A DNA stretch of 63,153 nt, the filler included, from Hausera hauseri (lineage: Eukaryota): assembly GCA_046269625.1 (NCBI GenBank). It is 12 parts of 12 records of this genome, joined end to end, with 100 filler letters (N's around TTAATTAATTAA, not from the genome) between each part and the next. Parts side by side here need not be neighbours in the genome. Positions count along the whole stretch, not along the records: positions 1 to 8,148 come from JBJURY010750986.1; positions 8,249 to 14,603 come from JBJURY010108431.1; 10 more parts are not named here. One strand, written 5' to 3'. How positions within the stretch are numbered: the stretch's first letter is position 1; each line of letters starts with the position of its first letter. The translations under genes were made by a program, and so were the position numbers. The notes below the pieces were generated by a model. The model did not search any database. It was not told where the DNA came from and was given only the letters and a program-made list of their open reading frames with translations. Shown here piece by piece: positions 1 through 12,400 of the stretch.

Positions 1-557
1 GTGGATCAACAATTGTCTCTTTAATTGTATCGGCAGCATGTTTCTTTATTTGAGGTACTGCATCGAGTACATTTTGTGTATCCACTTTCTGATTGTGTGC
101 CTTTTATCTCCGTTTTATTAACCGTCTTTGTATTTTTTTCTAACCAATGACTCATCCACGAACCACTTCCTTCCTTTCCTTCTTTGGCGGGGGATATGGT
201 GCCATGTGCTCACATCTACCTACTTCTGTCTTTCTAAAATATTCCTTGAGAACCTATAGAAACAGACAAAAAATTCGAGATTTCTAAATTATTTTTGAAA
301 TTGTGTTACAAGTTTCGATTTGTTTCTTGTACAAGTCGGCAGCAGCAAGGGTACCAAAGGGAAATTGACTCGGTGTCAATACAATCCTGGTTTCATTTTA
401 ATAACACAACTGCTCACCGAGTCGCCGTTGTTTTAAAACTGTTGTCAATATTATCGAAGAATGATTTTTCCGAGTCACAGAAACCTTAAACAACGTTACT
501 TATGGACCAAAGTTCAGATGCTGCAAATTAAAAAAATGATAGTTTTTAATAAGATTA

Positions 558-1592
558 AAATGCTCAAAAGCGGATTTTACTAATGAACCTTGTAATATAA
601 AAAGGATAGAACCATAATCCTTTTCCAAAGCACCGAAGCATTTAAATACTGAAACTGTATACACAAAGCAGCCAAGAGGTAGGCCGAAAAAGAATTCACA
701 GATTATAAGTGACGCTAAAAAGAAGAGTGAATTCGAGAATGATGGAATAAGAAAGTCAAAAATGGACAGTGACAAAAACGTTTTACCAAGTATTAAGGGC
801 GAATCAACAACAAATTCACTAATCAACAACACAAATGAGGCGATTATATCATTTTAATTGAGTGCATGTCCTACGCCCGAAACTATTAAGAACAGTAGTC
901 CGATAACGACTGAAAAACTTGGATTATTTAATGAGTCCGACAGTAAAAACTAGCATTCTCCGCCAAAGAACTCACCATGGCTTAATATGTGTTATGTGTG
1001 TGATTATTCAAAATCTTCGTCTCATAAGTTTCCGTACATAGTTCAACGATTTTTATCGAAAGAACACATCGTCATATCTCTTACTCACTGGACCTCACCC
1101 ATATCTCCTGCGTTTGATGGTGGTTTGGAAGGCAGAGAAATATATGTACATAGACCGCCGCTGATGCTCGAAGCCATAAACTGACATCAGAGGCATAAGA
1201 CTAAAAATGCAACATTTATGAAACTCTTTACAAATATCGATTATCGACTAACGAACCTCAAATCGTCCCTAATTGTGACGTTATACGAGCAAGTCTCGGT
1301 AATTTTGGCGAATATTGAAAACAATCAGTACCAATAGGAATTAATTACGGTGTATTTTGAATAGCCCAATGAGGCATGGCTTAAAATCATTGATAAAACC
1401 TCAGACGATGCTACAGTTCTGCTAGATTCTCGAGTTTTCGGTATTGTAAGACCAATTTTAGAAATGATTGCTCGATCATTGTTGATGCTTCAAGACGAAT
1501 ATATTAATCAGCTTATCGAAATTTGCCCTACATCTTTTGATCGACTGAATCTTATGTCACTAAACCTTATTCGAATTACACAGAAGGTATGA
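558..1592 (+). pseudogene. Degenerate ORF of unknown family with an AT-hook motif
   Basis: One frame, interrupted by several stops, carries KQPRGRPKK (666-692), the CYVC-containing ORF 987-1184 and QLIEICPTSFDRLNLMSLNLI (1509-1571). Boundaries approximate. Confidence 0.45.
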
Positions 1593-2985
1593 GTCAATGG
1601 ATGTCTAGCATGTCAGCAATATAAAATACATAAACACCTCAAACCAACACTTTACCACTTCTCTTGCACTTCTCGTTTTGAAACAGTATATTCAGATATT
1701 GTGGGTCCTCTACTTTTCGACAGTGGTTATCAATATATCCATGATGGATCGTGCTTCCCGTTGGCTTGAAGCCGTTCCACTTTGATCAACCAACACCAAC
1801 TTAGTAGCAGATGCATTTATCAAGATATAGGTCAGCCGCTTTGGCTCACCACGTCACATCATAATGGACCAGGGTCCACAATTTGAAGCTGATATTTTCA
1901 CATCTCTTCTAAAGCATTTGGGTATAGCCCATCTCCATATGACGCCGTACTATCCCCAAGCAAATGGTATTCTCGAGAGATTTAATCGCACCATGAAGAT
2001 TTCCATAAAAATCCTGGCAAACAACAAACATAACTGGACCTCAATTCTTCCTCTTGTCCTACTCGGTTGGAGCAACACGCCATCCACCACCACAAGCTCT
2101 GAACCAGCTGAGGCTCTCTTTGAGACACCCGTTCGTGCACTATTTGAGCTCTCCAATCTCGATGAAAGTCTGTCAGATAAAGTTTTTCGTATGACACAGT
2201 TTCACGTTACTGATATCAACTAAAATGCATTTTGTCGTCTTATAAATAAAGACAAATTTTATATCCCAGAGGACTTATACTCAGCCAAGTTTGTATGCCT
2301 GAGGGATCTGTCACCTTCTGGTTTTCGGCCTCAATACGTTAACCCTTACAAATTACTGAACCTTTTTACGCACACCGCTACTATTTTACGCAAGAACAAA
2401 CCTCAAAACGTACACATCATTAATCTTAAGCCAGCAGTCTTCGTTGACGATGACGAGGATAACAGCATTGTCTCAAATTTCAACTCTAACTTCTCTACCC
2501 TCAAGCCTTCATCTAATTTCCTTGATGATTTTAATCTGTCGCAGCATTCACTATCGCGTCACAATTAGCTCTCTTCACTTCCGTCATCATCCACTGCTCC
2601 ATCAACATTGGCTTCTCCGTTATCGCCTGAACATCCACTGCTCATTTCACCGTTATCTCACGATTCTTTGCAATTTTCAGTTTTGTCTTCTGCGCGTGAT
2701 CCCTTACCCATTTCAGCTCCTTTTCCACTCTCTCCTCTTCATGAAGCATTCTCCCAAAACACAACAAAATCTACAGTATCCCTCCTTCAAACAACTCCAC
2801 AAGCACCAGTAACATCTAACAGATCACGTTATGTGACGTTTAATACTTACAGCAGGGAGAAGTTTATAGATGGAGTCCAACGTCTAACACGTACCAAAAC
2901 CGAATATGTACAAGCTCTTCTTTTACTACTATAATTTCTATTCATTTTTTCTCTTATTATTCTACGTTTTGCCACGGGGGAGTGA
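1590..2985 (+). mobile_element. Ty3/Gypsy family A (CsRn1-like) pol 3' end: integrase, Ser/Pro-rich tail, PPT
   Basis: CLACQ zinc-binding end, DIVGPL, DQGPQFE, TPYYPQANGILERFNRTMK. Tail ends YVTFNTYSREKFIDGVQRL. PPT GGGGGAGTGA at 2976-2985 is followed by TGT. Stops and frameshifts present. Confidence 0.92.
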
Positions 2986-3066
2986 TGTAGTGCTTAAAGT
3001 GTGGTCGCACAGGAGGGGTTAGCGAATTAATGGGAGGCCTTTCCCCACAATGTGACTACACTTTTA
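2986..3066 (+). repeat. Start of 3' LTR with imperfect hairpin
   Basis: TGTAGT directly after the PPT. AAAGTGTGGTCGCACA pairs imperfectly with TGTGACTACACTTT. Confidence 0.6.
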
Positions 3067-3116
3067 AACATTTTACGTGTAAATAATAATTTCAAATAAT
3101 ATATTCTTTTTGAATT

Positions 3117-4667
3117 ATGTTCAATAAATGTATAGAGTTAAAACGACTTTCTTTTGATATTTTAATCAAAACAGTGGACAAAAAACATACGTTATTTGCT
3201 GCGATATATCACAAAATTCTCGCGTTGCAGGAAAGTGATTGTACGTTGTTTGTGCAGCGGAATTTAACAGGCGATATTTCCATGCACCAACTAAACGTGA
3301 TTGCTAATTTTATATTTGTGCCTTTACTAACTAATCCCAAGGATCGGTGTCTGATATACCGTCATCCCCTCAATACTATAATCGGTACTAATATTCTCTC
3401 ATAATTGACAAAAACGCACTTGGTGATTTAACAAAAATACACCATTCAGTAAGACATCTGTGCCCCCGTCGAAAAGAATCAACAATAGTACCATTTGTAA
3501 TGAACATGTTAGTTCAGAATGAATTACTTTTAGGAACACTGATTTACGGTGGTTACAACTTGCCTGCATTTATTGTTGTTATCGTATTACCTTACGAAAC
3601 AAGATCGATTCTGAAGAGCCAACGATCCACAAAAGTGAATAACTAACTGACAGTTACTATATCGAAAAAGAAGCTTCAGAAAAGGAGTGGAAGGCCTAAA
3701 TCAGTCAGACTTATGCCAGCAACAAAAATACAAAGTTGACAAAATTAAATAGAATAATGGACAGTATGAAATTGGTCGAAATTTTCATAAAAATACATAA
3801 AAAGGCAAAATAAACCGATAGGAATATCATCTTGTCCCAATATTCCTCGAACTCAAGGTCAAATACTTGTCGATTATCGACAATAGTAGTTCCTATCCGA
3901 ATTTCAATTACCAATCAAATAAATCAGTGAAGGATATGATTGCCCTCATTACATCCATATGTATATATGCTATTAAATATTCTAATGTGTATTTATTGAT
4001 GAATAATAAAATGGCAGATTTTCACCAAGATTCAAAATACCCATTGATTATGGCAATGGCCAATATTTTGATTAGAAGCCAAACGTCAACTTTATTGAAA
4101 CGGAAGCCATTGTTTGAAGAAATCACAATGAAACACCAATTTTACAATACGATAATACCATTCGACGTGGAAATGCGTAGAGAATTTCTCGTCAAATATG
4201 ACAATTCAATTACTGGACAAGTCCGAATTTATCGCAATACATTTCCTACATTACATCAAACAAATGACAACAAGACAAGCAATTGTAGAAATGTACCGTC
4301 GTATATTTCTTACCGACATAAAACACAATCGAGTAGGTTCAGAGACAAAAGATTGGAATGCTTTGGTGATGCTGCTATTCAACCAATTACGGGTATTCGT
4401 CTGTTTAATATATTACTCGAACTATCCGAGGGGCATCTCGACGCCTTTTGCCAGGCTTTTGTTCAGAAACATTATCTAGCTGATTGGTCTGTGAGATTGG
4501 GTTTTCATAAACTTTTACTCTACACGCATAATACCAATTTCCCATACGATTCACTATTCACCCATGCCAGTTCAGACGCTTACAAAAGGTTCCTTTACGC
4601 ACAAGTTATCGAATTGACCGAAAAAATGAATTCTTTGGGTCTTACCACACTGAACCTTATACACTGA
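3117..4667 (+). pseudogene. Unknown ORF(s) downstream of the LTR head (putative cargo)
   Basis: ORFs 3117-3404 (95 aa) and 3867-4667 (266 aa), co-oriented with the element. No recognisable domain. Confidence 0.4.
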
Positions 4668-4941
4668 TGGAATTAAACTTGTATTGACAATTGTGACCGG
4701 TCGGGTTAAAACCATGTTTTCAACGGCTCAACCAATAGCTAAAAGATACTAGATAAAATATAGAGCGATACCACTGTTAATTTCGATAAATATTTGTTAT
4801 TAAAAAAATAATCCAAACGGGTAAAGAAATTCAAAAATTCAAAATAATGGCAGAAGATCAATCAAATCAATTTATTTCCACCTAAGTTCAAAAAATATCT
4901 AACATAAATACCATATTTAAACAAAAGGTATTAAAAACAAC

Positions 4942-6066
4942 TCAACAATACTTTGGTAAAAATCCTCTACAGTCTGACGAACTACAACAAACTATCGACG
5001 AAAAAATGGAATTTTGTTGATTTTCTTGACAATAACTGAATGTCAATTCTTCACCTTGTCGAATATTTCTGAAAGTAAAAAAAGAAACTCAACAATATAA
5101 AATGCTTGTTGTCGATATAGATTGGCAGAATATACAAATTCGGACTGCCGGAATGATTGATGATTAACGACTATGGCATATCGGACAGACTGTCAAAGGC
5201 CAACGGGCCACCATCGATGGAAATTACAACGGAATTTTTTCCGTATTGTATCAAAATTTAGCAAATAATTTCGTCCAATTGTTTTCAAATATTCTTTTCC
5301 TCTCGTTAAACTTTTTTCCAACGGAACATATTCTCCTTCATAATTAAGTATGAATGTATTCTCATTAATGTCCGTCAATGCAAACAACCCACTACCAACA
5401 CAGTCATTAACAGATTTAAAAAACACTTCTTGAAATTTGACATTTTCTGAATGAATCTATTTTCACATTCATTGTTACAAGAACAGTTAGAGTTGCATTC
5501 GTAGAGGAAAATTAATCTTGGTAGGGGATACTGAAAGATTACCTTGGTAAAAAGATGATTTAATCATCTGATTATATTTTCAGAAAATTCCGCCACAATT
5601 GTTAGTTAGAAAAGATTTAGTTTTATATGCGTTTGCTGACGATGTTTGGAATGTCAATAATCGCTGATAGGTTACGAGAATGTATTGTTGCTGGGATAAA
5701 TCGTCTGTTGTCACATAAATTTGAACTCTGTGATAGATGGATTGTTTTTAGAGTGGGACTGTTTTCGAATTTGTCAATACAGATTTTGATAAGACGTTAT
5801 CTGTCAAATTTAACGGCAAAGTCCACGAGCACTCTTTTTGGGTTTCTGTTCTACATATCTTTTAGTTATATTTGTCATTTTCTGAATCACAAGAGTCGCT
5901 TTCGTCATCAAAGATGTTTGTTCGAAAAATATTGATTGTTTGTTTCTTCGAAGATGTGACTCGATATTTCAGCTTTTCCTTCCAAGACGAAAAGTAATTC
6001 GTATAAAATCTAAAATTTTATTAGGAACATATGTAAATTCAATTCAGATATGTTTTCTATTTTCAT
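4942..6066 (-). pseudogene. Intronless Su(var)3-9/SUV39H-like histone lysine methyltransferase (pre-SET, SET, post-SET, possible N-terminal chromodomain), degenerate
   Basis: Manual translation across frameshifts gives LYECNSNCSCNNECENRFIQK (pre-SET, ~5445-5505), GSGLFALTDINENTFILNYEGE, TRGKEYLKTIGRNYLLNFD, TIDG, INHSGSPNL (~5135-5160), VSFFTFRNIRQGEELTFSY (~5032-5088) and VCCSSSDCRGFL (post-SET). Stop at 4944-4942, ATG at 6066. Motif order and spacing match SUV39H as recalled. Confidence 0.88.
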
Positions 6067-6067
6067 C

Positions 6068-6197
6068 AGTTAACATTTTTAAGGCGGAAAATCGGGGTCT
6101 GCCTATGCGCCCGACGCGCCTGTGGCGGAAAATCCGATCGTGACCAACCAAATGGGCCGGAGGGCGACGGTCGACGCGGGCTCCACATCACACCCCT
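6068..6197 (-). repeat. PPT and GC-rich 3' LTR head of a family A element
   Basis: PPT AGGGGTGTGA (6197-6188), then TGTGGAGCCCGCGTCGACCG from 6187. The ~120 bp head is homologous to 17641-17760, and homology ends exactly at the TGT. Confidence 0.8.
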
Positions 6198-8148
6198 GTG
6201 GAAAAGTTAGAACTATAAAAAATAAAAGACAGAAAAAAAACGCAAAACGAAGTGTTTTAGCTGAGCTTAGTGTGAATAAGACGTTGAATGCCTTCGACTG
6301 ATTTTTCCCTACTATACTAGCTGAATGTGACTCTGCGTGTGGTATGTTTGTGCAATGTGTCTGTTTTTAGAGATTGATGTTGGGGAAAAATTGGTAGATT
6401 TTGGTGTAGGTGTTGTGTCGCGTGAAGGTGAATCGGAATAAAGAGAAGAAAAAGACAAAGAAGAAAGAGGGATTGTTAAAGACGGATGGTTTAAGGTATT
6501 GGAAAGAATTTTAGAAGACGAAGGAGTGACGAAAGGTGTAGTGACGGGTAAAGAAAGAGAGGAAGAAGTTGGAGTAGAAATTGGAGTTGTGTTGAATGAA
6601 AGAGTGGAAGAAGATGATACAGAGGTAGTGGTAGAGATAGGAAGAGTGGAAGAAATAGAAGGAAGAAGTGTAGGAAATGATGGAGCAAGACTGGGCGCGG
6701 AAGAGGAAGGTGGAAATGGTGTAGCAATAGATGTAGTGATAGCAGGGAGTGGAGGAGTAAGAAAAGAGTTTGACGTGTCGGTTGCTAAGGTGTCGTCGAC
6801 AAAAAAGGCAGGCTTTAAGTTGGTGATGTGTACTGTGAAGTCTTTGCCGTCTTTGGAGATGATGGCGTTATGCGAGTGTAGCTTTATAAGTTTATAGGGC
6901 CCCATGTACCGTGGCTGAAAACCGAAAGGACCTTGATTTTCAGCCATACGAATTTAGCCGTATACAAATCTTCGGGTAAGTATGTTTTGTCTTTGTAAAG
7001 TATCCTGCAGAACGAATCTTTGCTGACCTCGACGAAGTATTTTCCGCTGCCCGTATTGTCTCTTCCGTAGAAATGTCGTCTAGGGCAATTAGTTCGAATA
7101 ATGATCGGACAGGAGCTCCAAGTAAGGCTATAGTAGATGAGCTTCCTGTAGAAGTGCACGGAGTGTTCCGACAGTCGAGCAAAACGAACAAAAGAAGATT
7201 TGTCCAACTACTGTTGGACTCTGCAAGAATTCTTAGTGACGTTTTCAATTCACGATGGAAACGTTCTAGGAGGCCATTTGATTGGGGGTGAGAAGGTGTA
7301 GTAAATATATGGTGGATACCCAATCGATTGACAAGGGATTTGAACAGGTTGGATTCAAACTGTGGACCCTTGTCCATGATGATGAAGCGAGGTTATTCAC
7401 ACCTGCTAATCCATGTGCGAATGAAAACGTCAACTATGGTGTCAGTGTTTTGCTCCGCAGAGGGATGGCTTCTGGCCATCGCGAGGAATGGTCCATCATG
7501 GTGAAGATGAATTGATGACCGTTGTCTGGAGGAATAGGGACAACGATGTCGGTATGCACGGACTCAAAACGCGGTGTGCAGGGAAGTGGAACAGTAGTGG
7601 CTTTTAATGCTTAGCTGTTTTGTATTTTTGGCAAGACACACACTCTTTAATCCATGCCTGCTCATCAGAACGCATTGACAACCATATTACTTGTCGATGA
7701 AGTAGACGAAAAGCGGCTTTAGCACCAGAATGGTGTAGTGAATGCACATGGTGCTAGATTTATTACTGAATGGCTTAGTTTGGAGGTGTCCAAAGCCATG
7801 CCGTCAACGATTGTGCAAGATTTAAAAGACGTAAGCACGTCTTGAGGTGGCTGGTTTTGTTGAAGTTGTTCGTGCGTAAAAATCGGAGAAAAACTAATCG
7901 AACTAACCGACCTAGATAAAAAATCAGCAGCTAAATTGTTAACTCCGTTAATATGTTTAATATCGAAGTAAAATGTCGATAAGTATGATATTTGTCATTC
8001 TTGGCCTGTGGAAGGGTGTTTATGGCCATGCTGTTAAATAAGGGTTTGCGATAGGTTTGTATAGTGAAATAACGAGCGACAAGCAGGTGTAAGAAGTGCT
8101 TTAAAGCGAGAATGATTGCCAATAATTCTCGATTAAACGTGGGATATC
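6198..8148 (-). mobile_element. Ty3/Gypsy family A pol: RNaseH end, integrase, Ser/Thr/Pro-rich tail
   Basis: ELLAIILALKHF, HSLHHSGAK, DKGPQFES, HPQSNGLLERFHRELK, PRYMGPY. Tail ends RRVTFS*YSREKSVEGIQRL. Degenerate. Confidence 0.93.
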
Positions 8149-8248
8149 NNNNNNNNNNNNNNNNNNNNNNNNNNNNNNNNNNNNNNNNNNNNTTAATTAA
8201 TTAANNNNNNNNNNNNNNNNNNNNNNNNNNNNNNNNNNNNNNNNNNNN
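8149..8248. other. Artificial contig-joining linker (first of 11)
   Basis: 44 N + TTAATTAATTAA (stops in all six frames) + 44 N. Identical 100-nt linkers at 8149, 14604, 19196, 23607, 27694, 31838, 39599, 45570, 49791, 55000 and 59074. Confidence 0.99.
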
Positions 8249-8559
8249 AAACATAACTATACATCCTGTTGCTTCAAATGTAGTATCATATTTCAAAATT
8301 TAACACACATAATCTGCATTAGTTAAAACTTAAATAATTCTTGTCAGAAGGACAAATTTTTACTGTTTTAAAAAATTCACATTTGTTTAATAATCTGCAT
8401 AAAAGACACTGATTACATTTTATATGAATCTTAACTTTTTTCACATGTATTTGATTATTAACATTTGTTATGAATTATTCTTACAACCACTACTGTATAT
8501 TTAACAATTATTTTTAATTTTAATACCCTGTATAGCCACCATTTTTAAAATTACTTTAT

Positions 8560-9420
8560 ACACCCGTTCTTTTATTGATAAAACTAAGTTTTTTAGATAT
8601 TCCTCCAACATTTCTTCCCAGGTTCGACAAATTGATGCTTCCAATTGAGAAACGGTGCCATATTGTCGTCAACTGGAGTAGAAATGTATTCTCAGCCGCT
8701 TTCCATCGGATTCAAGTCGGGAGAACGAGGTGGCCACGGCAGAACAGGAACTAACCACTCGTATGTTGATTTTGAAGCATGAATAGGAGCATTGTCCTGT
8801 TGGAAAATACTTCCCCGGTCAGCCATTCTAACTATCACGAAGTAGTCCGCACCTAAAGTACATCCTGATAATCTTGGGATGTTGATCGTGTCTGTACAAG
8901 TCGTAGTTCGCTCCTGCCGTGACACCGAAATGCTCCCCAGAACATACATAAACTGCCTCCTGAAAAAATGTTTAAGATGTACAAATGCTTGAGAGATAAT
9001 ATGTCCCTTAACTTACCAAATTGAAGTTTTGAAAAAATTTCCTTTTCCTTCTTTAAATCATGTCATTAGTGTACGAATCTGTCCGGACCGTCAAGGTTGA
9101 ATTTTTCTCATGGGAAAATACTATTTTCTCCCACTATTTCGTCAATGTCCGATGCTCTTTTGCAAATTCAAGATGGTTCTACTTCTGTTTCTTCTTGAAT
9201 GTGGCTAAATTCTTCGTTTTCGCCATTTTAAATAATTTGTTCATTTAACAATGTTGTAGACGGTCCTAAAATTGGCTCTGGTAGGCAAATCTCTTTAGAT
9301 CGATCGAATAGAATCTCTTCCTAAAGGAGCCAAACTGGCTACAATTCGTTTGTCTCTTAGCTTAAGAACTTGCTTCCTACCTGGGAAATGATTTTGCTTA
9401 GTATATTTTTTACCTATCTT
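8560..9420 (-). mobile_element. Tc1/mariner-superfamily (Tc1/Tc3-like) transposase remnant
   Basis: [10 protein letters not shown]...[12 protein letters not shown], plus upstream FSHEK/FNLDGPD motif. Frameshifted; boundaries approximate. Confidence 0.88.
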
Positions 9421-9459
9421 CAATACATTTTTGAATTTTTTTGAATTTGTTTGTGAGTT

Positions 9460-12400
9460 CAGACGTATTAACTTGAAAGGCCCAATGTACTGAGGTTGGA
9501 ACCCTGCGACACTGGATTTCTCAGACAGACAAATTTAGCTGTATACAGAGTGTCAGGAATATATGCTTTGTTGTCAATTAAAAACTCTGCAAAACGAATC
9601 GCTATTTAACGCAACAAAATGTTCCTGCGCAGCCCGAATTGTTTCGTCGGTGGGTGTTTCATCGCATTACGCTAACTCAAACAATGCACGTACTGGTGTA
9701 CCAAAGAGTGCTTCAGAAGGATAGCAGCCAGTGGTTGTAGATGAAGTGTTCCGCCATCCAAGTAAAACGTAAGGGAGAAGGTTTATCCAGTGTTGATTGG
9801 AGTCTGATAATATTTTAAGAGAGATTTGCATCATGCGACGAAAACGCTCCAGTAGCCCATTTGACTGGGGATGATAAGGTGTTGTGTGGATGTGTTTGAT
9901 TCCCAGTCGATTTACTAGTGATTTGAAGAGGTTCGACTCAAATTGGGGGCCTTGATCCGTGATTACGTGCTTACGCGAGACAAATCGGCTGAGCTACGTG
10001 CGTATGAAGACATGTCCAATGGTCTCAGTGTTGGTTGAGCGAAGCGGAACGGCTTATGGCCATGTAGAAGCACGATACATTATAGTAAGAATGAATTGAT
10101 GGCCATTGTCTGGTGGTAGTTGACCAACTATATCTATATGCACTGTGTCAATGCGTAATGTGCAGGGAAAATGATAGACTGACGGCTTTAGGTGTTTGGC
10201 TACTTTAAACTTTTGGCATGCCGCATTTTCCATAACCCAATCATGCACATCTGTTCTCATTGATGGCCATATAACTTGGTGTTTAAGAAGGCGATAAGCA
10301 GCTTTGGATCCTGGATGATGCAGGGAATGGACATCGGTGAAGGCGGTTTTTTGCAAAGAAGGTGATAGAATAATTTTAGTAAACCTAGGATTAGAGGTGT
10401 CCAAAGCTACACCATCAACGATTTTGTAAGATTTGAAAGCGGAGAGAATAGAGACGTCTGGCTAGTTCCGTCGGAGCAACTAGTTGTCAAACATGGGTGC
10501 AAATGTGATCGAATCGACGGAAAGCGATAAAAAGTTAGGCACTAAATTATTTACCTCTGAAATATGTTTTATTTCAAACGCGAATGTCGAGAGGTACGAT
10601 ATCTGTCTCCTCTGACGTGGAGATAAAGATTTCATTGTGAGAATATGAAGTAGGGGCTTGTGGTCCGTTTGAATGGTGAATGTGCGTGAAATTATCAGAT
10701 GTTTAAAATGCCTTAATGCTAAGACCATTGCAAGAAGTTCCTTATCAAAAGTTGAATAGCGCTGTTCAACTTTTGCGAATTTTCTTGAGAAAAATTCAAC
10801 AGATTGATGAGAACCGTCGTTGAATTGACGCAATATTGCACTTGCTGCTGTTGTGGAGGCGTAAGTTGTTAGGAAAAGTTCCGAGTTTGGATTAGGGTAT
10901 GCAAGGATTTCTACAGTTTTTGGATTATCTTTGAGGTATTCGAAATAACTGACTAAGTCAACAGTCCAGTGAATAAGCTGGTTCTTCTTATCAGAGCTGA
11001 GTGAGGCAAATGGTACCGTAAGTGTTGAACAGTGCGGCACGTACTTGTTCACAAAGTGAAGTGTTCCGAGAAAGGAGCGCATTTCGGTCGATGTTCGTAG
11101 TAGTTTAATGTTTTTGAGTTGATTGATGCGATCTTGCTGAGGAGTGTGACCAGACTGAGTAATAACTTGTCCAAGAAAATTGATACCACATTGGAAAAAG
11201 GAGCATTTGGAAAAGTTTACATCAATGTTCAGCATGTTGTTTGGGAGACGACGAGACAATGAGTATGTCGCCTGCGTATTGAAAAGCAAAATTTAGGCCA
11301 GTAAGAACAGTGTCTATGTGTCTTTGGAATGTTCGCGAGGCACTGTGAAGAACAAAGGCATATAGACATATTCGAAAAGACCGAATGGTGATATTACAGC
11401 CATTTTCGGTATGTCAGCAGAAGCGACTGGAATTTGGTGATATGCCTTGTGGAGATCGATAGACGAAAAAATTGTTTTACCATTGGGTCTGTGCAATATG
11501 TCATTGATCAGTGGAAAGGGATGTGCCTCCATGATCGTTATGGTGTTTAATTGACAGTAGTCACCACAAGGTCTGAAAGTACCGTCTTTGTTGGCACGAC
11601 ATGCAAGGATGAAACCAAAGGTGACTTAGAACGTCTGATGATGCCAACGTTCTCTAAAGTTTGAAACTCTTCATCGACGGCTTTTCTGCCACGTGGTCAA
11701 AGAGTTCGCACTTTTTGCCGAATTTGACGTTGATGAGAGGTAACTATGTGGCGAAATGTTTTGGAGAGAAATTTAAAGCATGGGTCTTTTAGAGAATTCT
11801 TGGGAACTGCGTAGTGACAAATGTTTGCAGATCCGTTGATAGTTGGCAGAAAGATGGTTGGAATGGAGACACATGTTTGTCAGTGTCTAAGGTGGTTTGG
11901 TTTGATGTTATATTGTTGGAAGAGAGAGACTTGGTACTCTTAACACTCGAGGTTTGATTATGTGAATTATTTATAATATTCATATTTTTAAAGTAGATTT
12001 TATATCAGGTTTAGAAATTGGTTGAGTTAAATTGTTGTCAGTAACAAAATTATGCGCTGGTGAAATTGAACTCAACATATTCGAAACCGACATGGCTTTA
12101 GAACAAACGGCGGAGCTTTCCATCAAACGACGCTCTCTGCAATCAACTAGCAAATTGTATTGTGAAAGAAAATCAGATACAAGAACTGGTCTTTGTACAT
12201 GTGCTATAATGAATTTCCAAGAAAAAGGTTTGGAAAAATTTGACGGAGAAAAATAGAAATGTGCTGTGTCAATGGTACGCAACGGTTCACCATTGGCAGT
12301 AAATAATGATTTACCGGTTGAAGAAGATTTCTGAGATTTATATGAGAGAGGAGGAAGTGAGACTGTAGCTCCAGTGTCAATGAGGAAAGAGATAACAGAG

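Noticed and set aside
6499-6897. Glu/Val/Gly-rich ORF on + strand and similar antisense ORFs over pol regions
   Set aside because: Shadow frames of the Ser/Pro/Thr-rich integrase tail and other TE genes.
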